A stretch of 64,000 nt of DNA from a bacterium. Its GTDB lineage: Bacteria > Gemmatimonadota > Glassbacteria > GWA2-58-10. The translations under genes and the position numbers were made by a program. The stretch spans positions 64,240-128,239 of the forward strand of contig JAJFUG010000180.1 in the NCBI GenBank assembly GCA_021372515.1, in the 5' to 3' direction. This document shows positions 46,477-58,000 of the stretch, one piece after another. Under the pieces are notes generated by a model. It saw only the letters and a list, made by a program, of their open reading frames with translations, did no database searches and was not told where the DNA came from. How positions within the stretch are numbered: the stretch's first letter is position 1; each line of letters opens with the position of its first letter.

Positions 46477-48990
46477 ATGTTGCGTTATGTCAGGAAACTG
46501 TTGCCGGCGCTTGTTTTCGCTTTCACACCGATGGTCCTGAACGCCCAGCCGGCTGTTATCCCCCTGCTGCCGGATGACAATGCCGAGCATGTCGCCTTTA
46601 CGAAACAGAGTTTCGATGCGTTGCTACAGAAAAGCAAATCCCTGTCAGACCAGAAGATGCCCAATCTGGCCTCTGGAATCAATTCCATGAGCCATGAGGC
46701 GGCCCTCAAAGCGGCGGTCGATTATTTGCTCGCCGCCCGCGTGAATGTCGGCGGCTCGTTCAGCGAGGGCGCCTTGCCCACCGGCGGCAGCGGGTTGACC
46801 AAGGCCTGGCCTTATTCGGCCGGCGGCACAGTCGCGGCCAGAAGCACTTACGGCGAGATCGGCCTGGCCCTGCTCTATGCCTGGGACCATTCCGGCAACA
46901 GTACGACTTTACAGAACGCGATCAAGTCGATGGCCGACGAGATGGTGAACGACTACACGGTGAAAAGCGGCCCGATCTCCGGGACCACCAAGCCATTCAT
47001 GACCGATGTATTGTTCCTTCTGAAAGTGTCCGAGTCCGGCTTCTCCGGGACATCAACCTACGGGGACATCGCCGCGACCCTTTTCGAAAGGCTGCGGTCG
47101 GCCAGACCGGCGGCCAGCGACGAGGTGGACAGAATAGTCACCGCCAGGACAACCCAGGGAGCAAAAGAACTGTCCGGCTACGACATCGCCTGGCTGTACC
47201 TGGCGGCAAGCAGTATCGGCAGCTCCAGCAAAGTGACCGGCGGGGCGGTCAAGACCAACGCCGCGGCTTACGCTGCTGCCGTCCGGACTGCGTACAACGG
47301 CCTGGGGGGAAGCTGGGAAGTCAACGGGGCTGGCTCGACCAACGCCCAGGTCCGCACCAGCACCGGCAACATGCTCAGCCGCGGCCTGCTGGCTCTGGCC
47401 GGTCTGGGGGACAGCGGCTTGTCGGTTTTCCTGACTGCGTCCCAGGAAACCTCCGCGGGCGCCAATTACGGGGCTTTCATGCCGGCCGGTAACGTCCAGA
47501 GCAACGGCTACATCATCGCGGCTCTCAGAAAACCTGGATGCTCCATCGGCGCTTACCGCGGTTGCAAGTACCTGCTTGAGTATCAGAACACGGACGGGTC
47601 CTGGTACAGCTATCCCCTGACCTCCAACACCGACATCTACCCGAGTGAAGTAGCTGCGGCGTTGAGCGGCCTGGCCAACGCGGCCTATGTCGTCTCTGTC
47701 TCGGGGATCAAGGACCGCGAGGGCAGCACGAGTCTTTCCCGCATTCCGGTCGTGCTGAAAAACGAGGACGGGGACACCGCCTACAAGGTCACCAGTAACG
47801 GCGCCGCCGAATTCTACGCCGTGCTGGACACCAACCTCATAATGTCTTTCCCCGTGAGCACAGCTCTCAGTAACGCCTTGAAAGGCATTGTAATAACCTC
47901 GACCGATGCCTCCTATATCCTGGAGCAGGCGGTCAAGTCTCCGCCTTTCGGTACGGATTCCCCGAATTACGGGACCGGCTCCATTGCCTTGCAGGCGGCC
48001 AACCTCGCCAAGAGCACCTCTTTCACGGGCGGCAGCGTCAACAGCCAGATCGCGGCCGAGATACTGCGTTTCAGTGTCGGCCTCAGCTCGCAGTACCCGC
48101 CGATCTATTTCGATCTGAGCATGCTGGACGGCGCATCGCTGAAAGACACTCTGCGCGTTTTGTACGACCATTCTGGAACGATGAATTTCACGGCAGCCAA
48201 GAATTTCGTACTGCGCGGCGACATCACCAACAGCATGAAAACCTCAGGCGGTCTGCCCTCCACCTCGACCCTGCTGGCTTCCGCCGGAGCGGTGGAGTCG
48301 CCGTTCCGCCTGGCCCTGGACAACCTCGGCGTCCAGTCCGGCAGTCTGAGCCTCCAGGTGAGAGTGGCCGGCATCAGCTCATCGGACAAGGGCCCCCGGG
48401 CGTTCCAGTACCTGGTCACCTATGATCCGAGTCTCGTGAAGTACAACGGGCTCGAGCTGTCGGCCGAGGCCGCCGGTTTCATGTACGCGGTCAACGATTC
48501 CGAACCCGGCCGGCTCAGGATCGCCATGGCGGGCGGGATCCCCCTGCGGGCCGACTGCGTGATCGCCTCGCTCCGGTTTGTCCCTCTCGGTACAGGCGTT
48601 GCGCCGATATTCGGTCTAAACAGTGTCATGATCGAGGATAAGATCGCGGATGTCGAGAGCGCGGTCTATTCGGCTCTCCAGGCCGATGCGGCTTACCTGC
48701 CCAAGGCGTTCAGCCTGTCGCAGAACCAGCCCAACCCGTTCAACCCGTCCACCACGATCAGCTACACCATCCCGGAGGGGGCGGAGCCGCTCAAGGTGAA
48801 CCTCTCCGTGTTCAACATGCGTGGGCAACTGGTCAACTGTCTGGTCGACCGGGACCAGGCGGCCGGGACCTATTCCGTGAACTGGGACGGCCGTGGCAGT
48901 GACGGCCGCAGCGTTGCCTCGGGGGTCTATTTCTATCGGATACAGGCAGGAAAATACTCTCAGGTCAGGAAGATGATCATCCTGAAGTAA
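46477..48990 (+). CDS. Secreted alpha/alpha-toroid (prenyltransferase / squalene-cyclase-like repeat) protein with a cohesin-like beta-sandwich and a T9SS type-A C-terminal sorting domain
   Basis: Signal MLRYVRKLLPALVFAFTPMVLNAQP. Repeats such as GCKYLLEYQNTDGSWYSYPL and AVDYLLAARVNVGGSF. Cohesin-like module LSLQVRVAGISSSDKGPRAFQYLVTYDPSLVKYNGLEL...RLRIAMAGGIPLRADCVIASLRFVPL. CTD (48706-48987) AFSLSQNQPNPFNPSTTISYTIPEG...VFNMRGQLV...WDGRGSDGRSVASGVYFYRIQAG matches TIGR04183-type sorting domains. Confidence 0.7.
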   Translation: MLRYVRKLLPALVFAFTPMVLNAQPAVIPLLPDDNAEHVAFTKQSFDALLQKSKSLSDQKMPNLASGINSMSHEAALKAAVDYLLAARVNVGGSFSEGALPTGGSGLTKAWPYSAGGTVAARSTYGEIGLALLYAWDHSGNSTTLQNAIKSMADEMVNDYTVKSGPISGTTKPFMTDVLFLLKVSESGFSGTSTYGDIAATLFERLRSARPAASDEVDRIVTARTTQGAKELSGYDIAWLYLAASSIGSSSKVTGGAVKTNAAAYAAAVRTAYNGLGGSWEVNGAGSTNAQVRTSTGNMLSRGLLALAGLGDSGLSVFLTASQETSAGANYGAFMPAGNVQSNGYIIAALRKPGCSIGAYRGCKYLLEYQNTDGSWYSYPLTSNTDIYPSEVAAALSGLANAAYVVSVSGIKDREGSTSLSRIPVVLKNEDGDTAYKVTSNGAAEFYAVLDTNLIMSFPVSTALSNALKGIVITSTDASYILEQAVKSPPFGTDSPNYGTGSIALQAANLAKSTSFTGGSVNSQIAAEILRFSVGLSSQYPPIYFDLSMLDGASLKDTLRVLYDHSGTMNFTAAKNFVLRGDITNSMKTSGGLPSTSTLLASAGAVESPFRLALDNLGVQSGSLSLQVRVAGISSSDKGPRAFQYLVTYDPSLVKYNGLELSAEAAGFMYAVNDSEPGRLRIAMAGGIPLRADCVIASLRFVPLGTGVAPIFGLNSVMIEDKIADVESAVYSALQADAAYLPKAFSLSQNQPNPFNPSTTISYTIPEGAEPLKVNLSVFNMRGQLVNCLVDRDQAAGTYSVNWDGRGSDGRSVASGVYFYRIQAGKYSQVRKMIILK

Positions 48991-49026
48991 TTATTCCTGA
49001 ATGGTCCACGATAGAGGAGACTTCCT

Positions 49027-52000
49027 ATGTTGATAAAATCGAAGTTGCTGCAGCTTTCGACCTTCCTGGCGGTGTTCCTTTTCACCGGTTTTGCCTACGG
49101 GCAGGTGAGTCTGCGGGTGGTGGACATACCCGCGGCGGCGAACGGGACAACCATCGGGGTGGTCGTAAAAGTCGGCCCGGCCAGCGGAGTATCCTCCGCG
49201 GACATCTGGCTGACCTATGACAACACGAAGCTGAGCCCGACCGGGACGGTGAGCAAAGGCGTCCAATTCGGCAATTTCAGCATCGTGTCCTCCACCGAGG
49301 CCGCGAGCGAGGTCCGGGTGGCGATGGCCGGAAGCACTCCGGTCAACGTCGGCAGCGAATCGGACCTTATCACAGTCTATTTCAACGTGCTGACAGGCAG
49401 CGGCTCGACCACGGTCGACTTCAGCAAGAACCTGCTGAACGGGACGAACCTCACCACCACCACACAGTCCGGGACTGTCACCTTTACCGCGCTGCCGGCG
49501 GTGAACCTGTCCGTGCAGGATTATCCGAACGCAGCCTACCAATCGGTGATCGGGATCCCGGTCAAGATCGGCGCCTACAACGACATCTCATCGGCGGATA
49601 TCTGGCTCGTTTACGATCCGGCGAAGTTGCAGCCGACCGGCACTGTAAACCGGGGAGCCTCTTTCCAGGCGTTCTCCCTGTCCTCCTCGACCGCCAATTC
49701 AGGCGAGGTCAGAGTGGCCATGGCCGGCTCCAGCCCGGTCAATATCACGGCGGCGTCAGACCTGATTGTCGTGTACTTCAAGGTCCTGCAAGCCAGCGGG
49801 ACGGCGAGCATAGGTTTCAGCAAGAACCTTGTCAACGGCGGGAATTTCCCCACGAACGTGACCTCCGGAACAGTCAGTTTCGTCTCCCAGTCGACGAGCT
49901 TCACTCTCCCGATCAAGGTGGCAAACCCGGGTGAAACGGTCTCGGTCGATATTTCGGCGCCATCGGTGACCGGGGTCAGAGGCATCGATGTCTGGATCAG
50001 CTACGACCCGGCCGTGCTCGCTCCGGCGAGCGCCTCGCTGGCGAGTGAACTGTCCGCGGCCGGTTTCTCCCTCCAGAGCAACCTTTCCGGCGCCGGTCTG
50101 GCCAAGCTGGCCCTGGCTGTCGGAACTCCGGCCACGATCAGTGGGACCGTGGCTACGATAGCTTTCACGGTTGTCGGCGCCGGAGGGCAAAGCACAGCGC
50201 TGGGTTTCAACCGGTTGAACATCAACGAGGGCGGCATCCAGGCCACGACACAGAACGGAAGCGTTGCGATCAACCGGGCGCCAGTGCTGTCGGAGATCGG
50301 GAATAAAAGTGCAGTGACCGGCACGCCGCTGACATTCAGCCTCCAGGCCACGGACCCCGACGGGGACGGGATCGTCTTTTCGGCGACCGGCCTGCCGACC
50401 GGCGCGACTCTGAATACTGAAACCGGGGAGTTCAGCTGGACACCGTCCGCGACCGGTACGTTCAATATCACTTTTAAGGCCACGGACATTCACGGAATTG
50501 AAGACAGCGAGACGATCAGTGTCAGCGTGAGCCAGGCGCATGTCAATCAGGCCCCGGTGCTCAGCACCGAGGGTGTGCCCACATCCACCTCCGTGACTGT
50601 TGGTGGCAATGTCAATTATACGTTTGTCGCCACGGACCCGGACAGTGATCCGGTAAGTTATCAGTCCAGCGACTTGCCGGCTGGGGCAAGCCTGAACTCC
50701 GGCACTGGCTTGTTCAGCTGGACCCCCACGGCCGCCGGGACTGCGAGCATCACTTTCTGGGCCACTGACGGGAGCTTGAACTCCAACACCCACACCCTGA
50801 CAATAACTGTCAACGCCGGCGCCGTCCCCCCACCGCCTCCTCCGCCGGTAAACACTCCACCGGTTCTGAACCCCATACAGAACCGCAGTGTCGCGGCAGG
50901 TGATGTGGTCAGCATTCTGGCCCAGGCCACCGATGCGAACGGGGACCAGCTCACCTATGCCTTGAGCGGCAATGTTCTGAGCGCAATTCCCGCCCCGGTC
51001 TTCAACACCGCTACCGGACAGTTCACCTGGTCGACCACTGCGGCCACTATCGGTGGTATCTACCAGGCGACAGTCACGGTGAGCGACGGACACGGAGGAG
51101 TGGTAAGCCGAAGCTTCACAATAACAGTTGCGGGCGTGAACCATCCCCCGGTTCTCGGGACGTTGAACAACGTGACTGTGAACCAGGGACAGGTGGTCTC
51201 TTTCACTGTTACGGCCACGGACCCGGACGGCGACCCGCTGACATTGAGCGCCAGCGGAGCGCCGTTGACCGCCACTCCCGCGGCCTCTTTCAACGCTGCG
51301 ACGGGCCAGTTCTCCTGGGCCACCAGCCAGGCGATACAGGGGAATTTCACCCTGACATTCACGGCCTCGGACGGTAAAGGCGGAGTGGCGACAAAGAGTA
51401 TCACTGTCACCGTAGGTTCGGTCAACCGTCCACCCGTGCTCAACCCTATCGGCGGCAAGACCGTGGTCGAGCGTGAAACCCTCGAATTCAACGTGTCGGC
51501 CAGCGACCCGGATGCCGGGGCTCAGCTTCTGATTACCACAACGCCGCTGCCCACGGGTGCGACATTCTCGTACAACGTGGCCACGCACTCTGGACAGTTC
51601 CGGTTCGCCCCGGTCCTGGGGCAGGCCGGAACGTACCCGGTGACATTTACGGTCAGCGACGGGCAACTGGCGGCCACGGAAACAATACAGATCACGGTGA
51701 CCCAGGCCTCGGTGCCGCCGGTTATCGCCACCATCGGTAACCGGACTGTCAATGTGGGCCAGCGCCTGGCTTTCCAGATCACCGCAACCGACCCCGCCGG
51801 CCGGTCCACGGTGAGCCTGAGCCTGAGCGGGCTGCCCTCTGGTGCGTCTTTCGATCCTGCGACCGGTCTGTTCTCGTTCACTCCGACCCAGGCCGGAGCC
51901 TCCACCGTGACCGTTACGGCCACCGGCGGCGGCGGGGCGACAAGCACCCAGACGTTCACCGTTACGGCCGTAGGGGTGAACAGACCGCCGGTATTCACCC

Positions 52001-55000
52001 CCCTGGCTGCCCAGTCGGTCAACACCGGCGCGGCGCTTCAGTTTACGGTGCAGGCGACCGATCCTGACGGTGACCCGGTTACCCTGTCCGCCACCGGCTC
52101 TCCCCTCCAGAGCCTGGGGGCCTCTTTCAACCCGGCCAGCGGTGGATTTTCCTGGACCCCGGCCGCCGGGACACAGGGTAACTACCGGGTGGATTTCAGC
52201 GCCGTGGACGACAAGGGCGGGAACAGCCGGATGACGCTCACTATCACGGTGGGCTCGGTGAACCGTCCTCCCGCCCTGTCCGATGTAACGAACAGGCAGG
52301 TGAACGCCGGTCTGCCACTGATCGTAACTTTCACGGCCTCGGACCCGGACGGCAACCCGCTCACTTTGAGCACCCCGGTGCGCCCGGCCGGCTCTGTGGT
52401 CACTTTCAGCGCAGGCAGCGGCTCTTTCAACTGGACGCCGACCTCGGACCAGGTCGGCACGCACGATGTGACTCTTATTGTAAGCGACGGCAGCCTGACC
52501 GCGGAAAAGAAATTCACCATCACCGTACTGAAAACCAACCATCCGCCGACCATGGCGCCGCTGGGCAACCGTACGGTCTCCGAGGGGGGGCGGCTGGATA
52601 TTAATGTATTGGCCAGCGATCCGGACAACGACCCGCTGCTGTATTTCGCGACCGGCATACCGGAGGGGGCGACTTTCGACGCATCCACCGGCCTGTTCAC
52701 TTTCAAGCCGACATACGATCAGGCCGGCTCCTACACGGTCAATTTCAAGGTCTCCGACGCGGACGGGCTGAGCGCGAACCAGAACGTCCAGATTCAGGTC
52801 AAGGACTTCAACCGTCCGCCGGTTTTCGGAACTCTGGGCAACCAGACCGTCGAGGTGGGCAAGCTGCTCGAGGTGATGGTTAGCGCCAGCGACCCGGACA
52901 ACGACGTGCTGACTTTCAGCGCCAGAGTCCCGTCCGGGGCCGCGTTTGACGCGCAGACCAGGGTGCTGCGGTGGATACCGGGCGCCCAGGACGCCGGCAC
53001 CCGTCAGGCCACTTTCAGCGTGAGCGACGGCAAGGGGGAGAGCGTCACCCGTAACATCTCCATTTCCGTGACCACTCCCAACATCGTGCTCAACCGCCCG
53101 CCGCTGATCGATCCGGTCGGGGCGCAGGTGGTGGAGGCCGGCCAGAGCCTGAGCTTCAGTGTCAGCGCCAGCGACCCGGAGCAATCCAAGGTCATCCTGA
53201 CCGCGAGCGGGGTCCCGGCAGGCGCTTCGTTCACCAGCTCTACCGGGGCTTTCAAGTTTACGCCCACCTACCTGCAGGCCGGCAGCTACAGCGTGACATT
53301 CACCGCCAGTGACGGACAGTTGACCGCCTCGCTTCCGGTGGCGATAACTGTAGTGCGCAGTCTCAACAGCGCCCCGGTGCTCAGCGGTGTCTCCAACCGC
53401 GAGGTCCAGGCGGGCCAGAGCCTGACTTTCGTGGTCAGCGCCTCCGATCCCGAGGGGGACCAGTTCACCCTCGGCGCGCGCAACCTGCCTCCGGGTGCGG
53501 TGTTCAACCCCGGCAACGGGACATTTACATATTCTCCGACCATGGAGCAGGCGGGCAGCTACAATGTCTCGTTCCTGGCTACGGATTTCCTGGGGGCTTC
53601 CTCGGAAAAATCGATGACCCTCTCGGTCAGGGCGGTGAACCGTCCGCCGGAGTTTGTCCGCTCCGGCAATATCGCCGCCGCTGTCGGGCAACTGATCGAA
53701 CTGATCGTCACAGCCAACGATCCTGACGGCGACCCCCTGGTCTACAGCTCGTCCAGCGCAGCGGCGCTGGGAGCCGCGTTCGATACGCAGTCGCACATCC
53801 TGAAATGGACCCCGGCCACGCCGGGGACGTTCGGCGTCAATTTCAAGGTCGAGGACGGACGGGGCGGCAGCGCGGTGCAGACAGTGCTGATCGCTGTGAG
53901 TTCTCCGACAGTCAAGCTCAACCTTTCGCCGAAATTCGAGCCTCTGCAGAACTATGTCCTGAACGCAGGCGGCAGCCTTTCCTTTACGGTGAACGCCAGC
54001 GACCCGGACGGAGACAACCTGGTGTTCGGCATAACCAAGGCCCCGGCCAATGCGTCTTTCAACTCCACTACCCGCACTTTCTCCTTCAACCCCGATCTCA
54101 GCCAGAGCGGTGTTTTCAAGCCGGTTTTCACGGTGAGCGACGGCAAGCTGACCGATCAAGTGTCGGCCGAGATCGAAGTCAAAGCCGTCAACCGGGCGCC
54201 GGTGCTGAGCGGCATACCTGACCGTAGCGTACCCGAGGCCGGGAAGCTGAGCTTCTTCGTCAACGCTTTCGATCCGGACAGCGATCCCCTCGTGCGGACC
54301 GCCGACAACCTGCCGGAGAACGCGGGATTCAACCCGCAGAGCGGGCGTTTTTCGTTTTCACCGGCGGTTGGGCAGGCCGGTTCTTACACTGTCAGGTTCT
54401 TTGCCATCGACCCGAAGGGAGCCTCAGACACGGTCACGGTCAGCATCCAGGTGCTGCAGGTCAATCTCCCGCCGGCTCTCGGTTTCCTGAGCAATCTTGA
54501 GGTGACTGCGGGTGAGCTGGCCGAGATAGTCCTTTCCGCCAGCGACCCCAACGACCCTCTGGCCGACCTGGTGTTCAGTGCTTCCGGCCTGCCGCAGGGG
54601 GCCGTGTTCAGCGCCGCGGACCGCTCGTTCCGCTGGACGCCTGAAGTCACTCAGATCGGCAATTTCCGAGTCTCTTTCGCAGTCACCGACCCGGCCGGGC
54701 TCAAGGACGAGAAAGACATCAAGATCACGGTCAAGGATCCGGCGCGCTTTGTCGACAGCCCGCCGGTCCTCGCTTCTGTCGGCGACAGAACGGTGGAGGA
54801 GGGCAGCGCCCTGAGCTTCACTGTAACGGCCACTGACCCGGACCCGGGCAGCACTGTCACCCTGACCGCCCGGAATCTGCCAAATGGGGCGGCTTTCAGT
54901 TCCGCACCCGGGGCGTCGAGCGCCAGCGGCACATTCAGTTTCACCCCGACCATGCTGCAGGCAGGTAGCTACAACGTGGTGTTCAGAGCAAGTGACGGGG

Positions 55001-58000
55001 ATTTCATCAATGAAGAGACAGTTACGATAACGGTGACCGAGCTGGATGTCGCCCCTGTGATCAGCGTGTCCCCAAGCCAGACCGCGGCAGTGGGACAGAC
55101 GCTGAGCATCAAGGTGGACGGCAGCGACGCCAGCGGAGAGCCGGTGGTCCTGTCCGTCCAGAACTCGCCGATGAACTCGCTGTTCCTGACCTCCGCAGGG
55201 CGTTTCGCTTTTACTCCGAGCCTGGAGCAGGCGGGCCAGAGCTTCCCGGTCACCTTCCGGGTGACGGATGCCTCGGGCGGGTATGCCGAAGCGACCTGCA
55301 ACATCAGCGTCAGCGCGCTCAACGTGGCGCCCGAGCTGCGGCGGATACCACCCCTGGCGATAAGTGAGGGCGGGTTGCTGGAGTTCTCGGTCGTGGCGGA
55401 TGACCGCAACGGCGACGTGCTGACCTATTCAGCGGGCAACCTGCCCACCGGCGCGAGTTTTGACGCGGCGGTGGGAATTTTCCGCTGGATGCCTGCGGCT
55501 GGATCGGCGGGCAACTACAGTGTCAGCTTCAGCGCCGCCGACCCGGCCGGTCTTTCGGACAGCCGCTCGGTCTCCATCACGGTCGGGTCGGTCAACCGGC
55601 CGCCGATGCTGTCCGACCCCGGGCCGCAGTCGGCCGCCGAGGGCCAGGTCCTGGGCTTCCAGGTGAGCGCCAGCGACCCGGACGGCAACCCTGTCACCCT
55701 GAGCGCATCCGGCCTGCCCGCGGGTGCGACTTTCAGCGATAACGGCAACGGCTCGGGCAGTTTCTCCTGGGCCACCACCTACCGCAGCAACGGCAGCTAC
55801 CAGGTGGTGTTCTCCGCCTCGGATGGGAGTCTTTCGGATCAGTTGAGAGTGCCGATTACCATCCAGGACGTGAATCTGCCGCCGACGCTCGACTTGGCTG
55901 GAGGGACCCTGCTCGCCGCAGCCGGGATGAAATTCAGGCACGTGGAGGAAGGTATCCGGCTGGCGGCTGACGTGAACGATGTCCAGACCTTCACCGTGAA
56001 AGAGGGTGAGCAGGTCCGGGTCGGGATAAAGGTGGAGGACCCCGGCGGCGACCTGCTCGCGGTAGCGGTCAGGAACCTGCCGGCCAACGCCTCGCTGGGC
56101 CCGGACGGAATGAGCATCCTGTTCGCTCCGGATTACGACCAGGCCGGCGATTACCTCGTGCTGATCGAGGTGTCGGACGGCGTGTTCACGGTCAGCCGCT
56201 ACGCAGCTTTCAAGGTGGAGGACGTCAACCGTCCGCCCGTGCTGCGTCCTGTCGGCGAGCGCTACGTCCAGGAAGGGATGCTCATATCGTTCGAGATCAA
56301 CGCCTACGACCCGGACGGCGACCCGATCACCTACGCTTTCTCAGGGTTGCCGGGAGTGGCGACGCTGGTCAACAACCTGTTCACCTTCGATACGAGGCTC
56401 CTGCCAGCCCGCCAGCCGGTGGATGCAGTGTATTTCCTGTTCCGGGCTTTCGACGGACGGGGGGGATCGGACTGGGTCGGCCAGGACATCGCGATCATCC
56501 GGCCGTATACGGTGGGCCTGGGCGGCACCCAGCTCGCCGCGGCTGTCTCGCCCGGGGACTCGATCCCCTTGCAGATGCGGGAGGGGATAGGGATCCAGAT
56601 GGCCCTGGTTAACAGCGGCTCCGGCACCTACAACACCACCGGCAGCATTCAGGTCAGCGAGATTTCCGGACCGCTCACCGAGGATGTGATCAAAAACCTG
56701 CAAGGCGGTGGAAGTTCACTCCTGGCGGTGGCGGCCTCCGGCGGCGGAAAGTCCAAGCTGACAGCGGCGGTGACCCCGATACAGCTTTCCGCCGGGGGTG
56801 AGTCCGGGTTCTTCAGCATCCGGCGCGGCTGGAGTGTGGACCTGGGCGGTTTCAGCCTGACCGGGCAGGCCCGGCCGGGGGTCAACGACAGTATTTACCT
56901 GTACCTCGGCTTCGCCTTCCAGGACAGCGACCTGGTGACCCAGGACCCCGATCTGAACGGCGCTTTCGGGACCCGGATGTCCATCGCCGCCTGGGACAGC
57001 GTGCTGGGCAAGTTCGTCCTGCTCGAAGGGGTGGTCGACACCCTGCTGAACAGAGTGAGGCTCAGTATTCCTCTGGAAGTGGATACGAGCCGGACAGCGC
57101 TGTCCGCTTTCGGGCCGATCGATCTGCCGCGTTCGGTCCCCAGACCGCGCTACAAGTACTTCACGGCCGGTGCGGTGCTGGATTATACCCCGCCGTCGGT
57201 CGAGGTCCAGAGCAAGAGCTTCGTGACCTCCAGGACCGAGCCGTACACAATCCTGGCCAAGATATCCGACGATCTGACCGGGATCGCGCGGGTCGACCTG
57301 ATCTACACTATCGCCGAACAGACCGATACCGTCGGGATGGAACAGGTCTCCGGCGTCTACCAGGGTGAAATTCCTGGCCAGCCGATTGGCGCCAACATCT
57401 CATACTACGTCGAGGCGATTGACCGTGACGGCAACGTGTCCCGCGAGCCGAAGGTCTCGGGGTACCTGCTCAACGTGAGCGAGTTGGGGCCGACGGACCT
57501 GGACGGCAACGGCAAGGTGGACGTCTTCGACCTGCTGGTCCTGCTGCGGGCTCTGACGAGCCACGAAGACCGGGACGTGAACGGTGACGGCAAGACCGAC
57601 ATCTGGGACCTTCTGGTGCTGCTGAAAGTGCTGTCCGGCAAAGTGCAGACCGCCCTGTCGGGCCAGCCCGCCGGATTGGAGCAGATGCTCAACCCGTCCG
57701 GGAAGACGGCTCCCGAATACAAGGACGATTTCGGGGTCCGGATCGACGAGGCGGCGCAGGCGGCTGTAGCCCGGATCGTTCTGGAGGTTTCGCCGGAGGT
57801 TGGATTGGGCCAGGTGACAGTCGCCCCGGCGGCCAAGGGCTGGCAGGTCGTAACCTCCAGGGAGGGCGACCGGCTCACGCTGCTGGTGTTCAGTCTGGAC
57901 GGGGCGCCCCTGGCAGGCGGGACGCTGGTCAACGTGGATTATCTGCTGGGTAAGGGCGAACGGCTGAACGAGAGCCATGTCAGGCTGCAGGAAATCCTCG

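Noticed and set aside
49756-54159. 1467-aa minus-strand ORF (and many other 80-500 aa antisense ORFs at 50001-56885) inside the giant gene
   Set aside because: These translate to Arg/Gly/Ala-rich low-complexity sequence, typical of stop-poor antisense frames in high-GC, repeat-rich coding DNA. The plus-strand frame has a signal peptide, coherent domain repeats and a CTD.
50273-56515. Considered whether the long repeat array could be a CRISPR or mobile repeat
   Set aside because: The repeats are about 285 nt, in-frame, protein-coding Ig-like domains. They are divergent at DNA level with no spacer/repeat alternation.
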